Of a stretch of 64,000 bases of DNA, positions 61,191 through 64,000 are shown in pieces. The notes below the pieces were generated by a model, which saw nothing but the letters and a program-made list of their open reading frames with translations, had not been told where the DNA came from and ran no database searches. The stretch's first letter is position 1. Each line of letters opens with the position of its first letter. This stretch comes from Psammoneis japonica (lineage: Eukaryota): NCBI GenBank assembly GCA_008632985.1, contig QPGO01000033.1:248001-312000 (forward strand). The letters run 5' to 3'. Position numbers and translations under genes: made by a program.

Positions 61191-61469
61191 CTACATCGAC
61201 ATTGAGTAATAGCCCATCGACATGGACATGTCCATTGACATGGACCCTGCAAAGAAAGACTCTGGGACGTCCATCATATCTGGAATCTGCATGCTCGAGC
61301 GCGATCTTTTCTTTCCGCCCAACCTTCTTCGGCCAATCAAGGAGTCAGCATCTACCTCGAAAACGTCAAATCTCTTGCGCTGCACCTCATCATGCTGAGC
61401 TTTCACAGAAACCAAAACCAATGCCAGCACGGCAAACGCATATAGCGGAAGAGCCGCAGCTCGTGTCAT
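61191..61469 (-). CDS. Small secreted protein with RRL motif and Ser-Met repeat tail
   Basis: Signal peptide (LYAFAVLALVLVSVKA), GRRRL and C-terminal SMSMDMSMSMGYYSMSM. Confidence 0.7.
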   Translation of the reverse strand: MTRAAALPLYAFAVLALVLVSVKAQHDEVQRKRFDVFEVDADSLIGRRRLGGKKRSRSSMQIPDMMDVPESFFAGSMSMDMSMSMGYYSMSM

Positions 61470-61889
61470 GGTGATTGCCACAGGTAAGGCCCCTTACACA
61501 CTCTCAACACCCCTTACACGCTCTCAACGTTTTGAATTAGGGGATTTATGTGGCCCCTCACTTCTTGTCGGTCTTGTTGAGGCTGGTGGGAAGTCGTATT
61601 GGCTGTAATCGTCGATTTGAACAAGAGTCGGAAGTTGTGAAAGGCGCAAATCAAATCAGTTTCGAATAAACATCTCTTTATAAATTTCATATTAATCCAA
61701 AATGTCTTTTCTATTATTCGGACATCAATTTTATTTGGTAAGCTCACCAAAGTTTTTTGGTGGTCAAACACGACACACCGTGTCTTGTCTATCAATTCCT
61801 TATTTAACAGTTCGTAGTTTAGTAGAATTGATTTTTTTGTCGAAGACATGCGGAGCATTGATTACCTTCATGAATATAGATATGAATAA

Positions 61890-64000
61890 TCTGCTGGAGG
61901 ATGACACTTGGCATGCCACCCAAAACACCACTTTGACCACTCCGCCAATTCCCGTGGCCCGCATCATCTGACTCCACTGATCGTCGTCATCATTGAGCAG
62001 AGGACAGTTCTTTTTCACCTGCCCAACCTTGTCACATTTCCAGCATTTGATCTGCTTCTTCTTGCTTCTTGTTTTGCACAAAACTCACGCCTGCCCAAGC
62101 AAGGCTCGTTGCTTGTCAGCATGCAAAGGAGCAGAACCCTCTTGAATGAACCCAAGTTCTCAAAGGACAGAATGAATGCACAAGACCCATTTGGCAGTGG
62201 CACCAGCAGCACAGACCTTGGCTTCAGCAGAACTCACAGCAGTCACCACCTGTGTCTTGCAGCGATGCAAGGCAGCAGCACCACCAGCCAACATGAGGGC
62301 ATGCCCAGCAGCGGGGTGCTGATTGCAAAGGGCAGCAGCTCCACATGTGACATCCAAGAAAGCATGGAGTTGAGTGAGAGTCAGAGGATGGGAGCTGGGG
62401 CAAGGAATCTTCAAACTCAAGTTGCTCAAAAAGGAGCAGCAACGGCAATGTGTGATCCTTGGCAGGCTTCTTGCAGCTGATGCCCCAATGCTTCGTGCAA
62501 CACAGATGCTGGGTGCAACACCTTTCAATGCCATGCAATGTGTCAAGGCTGGGTCAGAGGCAAACTTTGACAATGTGGCAATTGTGTGCCCAGTGTCAAG
62601 GTGGCAGATGACATGTGCACCAAGCAATTCACCAAGCAGGTTGTGACACCCGACACCCAAAACCTTGTGCTTCTGCCAGCTCAGCATGACTGGGGGCGCC
62701 TTTTGCAGGCCAACATCAGAGTGCAACTTGGAACCAAACTCAACAAGGAGAGGAGCAGCCTGGAAATCAGAGCCCAACTCATCTGCAACAGGTTTCAACC
62801 CAGCAATGCAGCCATGACAAGCAACGGAAGTGTGGTCATTGCGCCGGTGGACATCCACACCATTGAACTCAGCACAGAGCCCCAAATGCTTCAAAGGCAT
62901 TTCATCCTTGCCAGGGAGTCACAGTGGCTCACCAATCAAATTTTGAATCTTGATGGCAAATGATTCCTCCAGGCATGCAACTGAGAAGTCATCAACCTGT
63001 TGGAGGAGGAGAGCATGACACTTGCCATCAAAAGTCCCACAATGGGTGCACTTGTCATGAGCAGCACTCCAAAAAAGGAGTTTTGCATCTGCCAATGTTG
63101 TGCTGATGCGATTCTCCCACAGAGCACTGGACTCAGGGTGCCCCTGCAGAGCATGAAGGATGTCAGCAGTGCCGCAGATTGGCCCAGGTCAGTCTGGGCA
63201 CCAAAGTGGTCCTTGCACCATGTGGCATGGGCTTCATCTGCTTGGATGCAAACAGGGGCTGAGGGATGCAGGGAGTGGGCACACCCATTTCAGGCATTGC
63301 CAGAGTGGAGCCAGCAACTCAGAAACTAAGAGCACAAAAAACAGCCATTGAACAGGTTGTTCCATGCAAGAAGAATGGGCACACTGCAGGCAATGCAAAG
63401 CAGGAGCCGCTTGAGGAGATCCATCACAACAGCATTGAGAACAACGTGTGTCATCTGTCTTGATGTTGTGTTGCCAGTGGAGTTGCAATGCAACAGCACC
63501 TTGTGGATGGGGTGTTGGAGCACCAAACATTCCAAGTGCAGCTGTGAAAGTGATCAAGTTGCTTGAATTCAGCATTGTGCCAAAGGGGCCAAAATCTTGT
63601 GAGGTGCTGCAGGCAATTCCAAGTGAAGCCATCCAGCTCTTGTTCCTCTGGGTCACTGCAGACATGCAAGGGTGTGTTTTCAACTTGGGCGGTGCACTGT
63701 GAGGACAATTTGAGAGGTTCTCTGTGCATTTCTGTGAGACACACATTTTTGGCACCACTGACAGCATTGAGCTCCTGTGTGGCAATGGAGCGTGACATCT
63801 GCAACACCAGCACTTGACTCACATCTCCAGATGTGCAAGGTGTTCTTGAAATGAAGCATGCTGTGTCATTGTTGGGGTTTTCAAGGTCAGAAGAGCAAAA
63901 CGTCATTGTTGCATTGCTGTCTGTGTGGGCTTCATTCTTGGCACAAAAAAGTTGGGTTGGCAACAACTTCTGCTTCACCAACACACCTGGTGTGCCACGT
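61890..64000 (-). mobile_element. Highly degenerate second copia element (RT-RNase H remnants), joined to a zinc-knuckle fragment; continues past the window end
   Basis: Minus-strand remnants HWQHNIKTDDTRCSQCCCDGS, FNGVDV, IATLSKFASDPA, KTQVVTAVSSAEA and CWKCDKVGQVKKNCP. Frameshifted; one TA seen in ~2 kb. Confidence 0.8.

Overview
Eukaryotic nuclear DNA, most likely from a (pennate) diatom. The evidence is compact genes with short GT-AG introns, a diatom-type cyclin, a bipartite plastid-targeting-like presequence and diatom-type Ty1/copia elements. Ordinary genes include two near-identical tandem P2-type ATPases, an IPK-like kinase, an OMA1-like M48 peptidase, a cyclin, importin-4, a sulfotransferase, a rhodanese, an ankyrin protein, FolD, COQ6, a GFA protein, an aspartic protease and several hypotheticals. 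These alternate with about eight sharply bounded blocks, roughly 40% of the window, almost devoid of TpA. Three internal comparisons show TpA was actively converted to TpG/CpA (A:T>G:C on both strands) in genomic DNA. First, a full-length copia has its conserved tyrosines, including RT YVDD, changed to His/Cys. Second, its two LTRs were mutated independently. Third, a duplicated OMA1 fragment has lost 5 of 6 TpA sites. This looks like a repeat/heterochromatin-targeted hypermutation system running opposite to fungal RIP. No candidate enzyme is recognisable in this window. All counts were made by eye and need computational confirmation.
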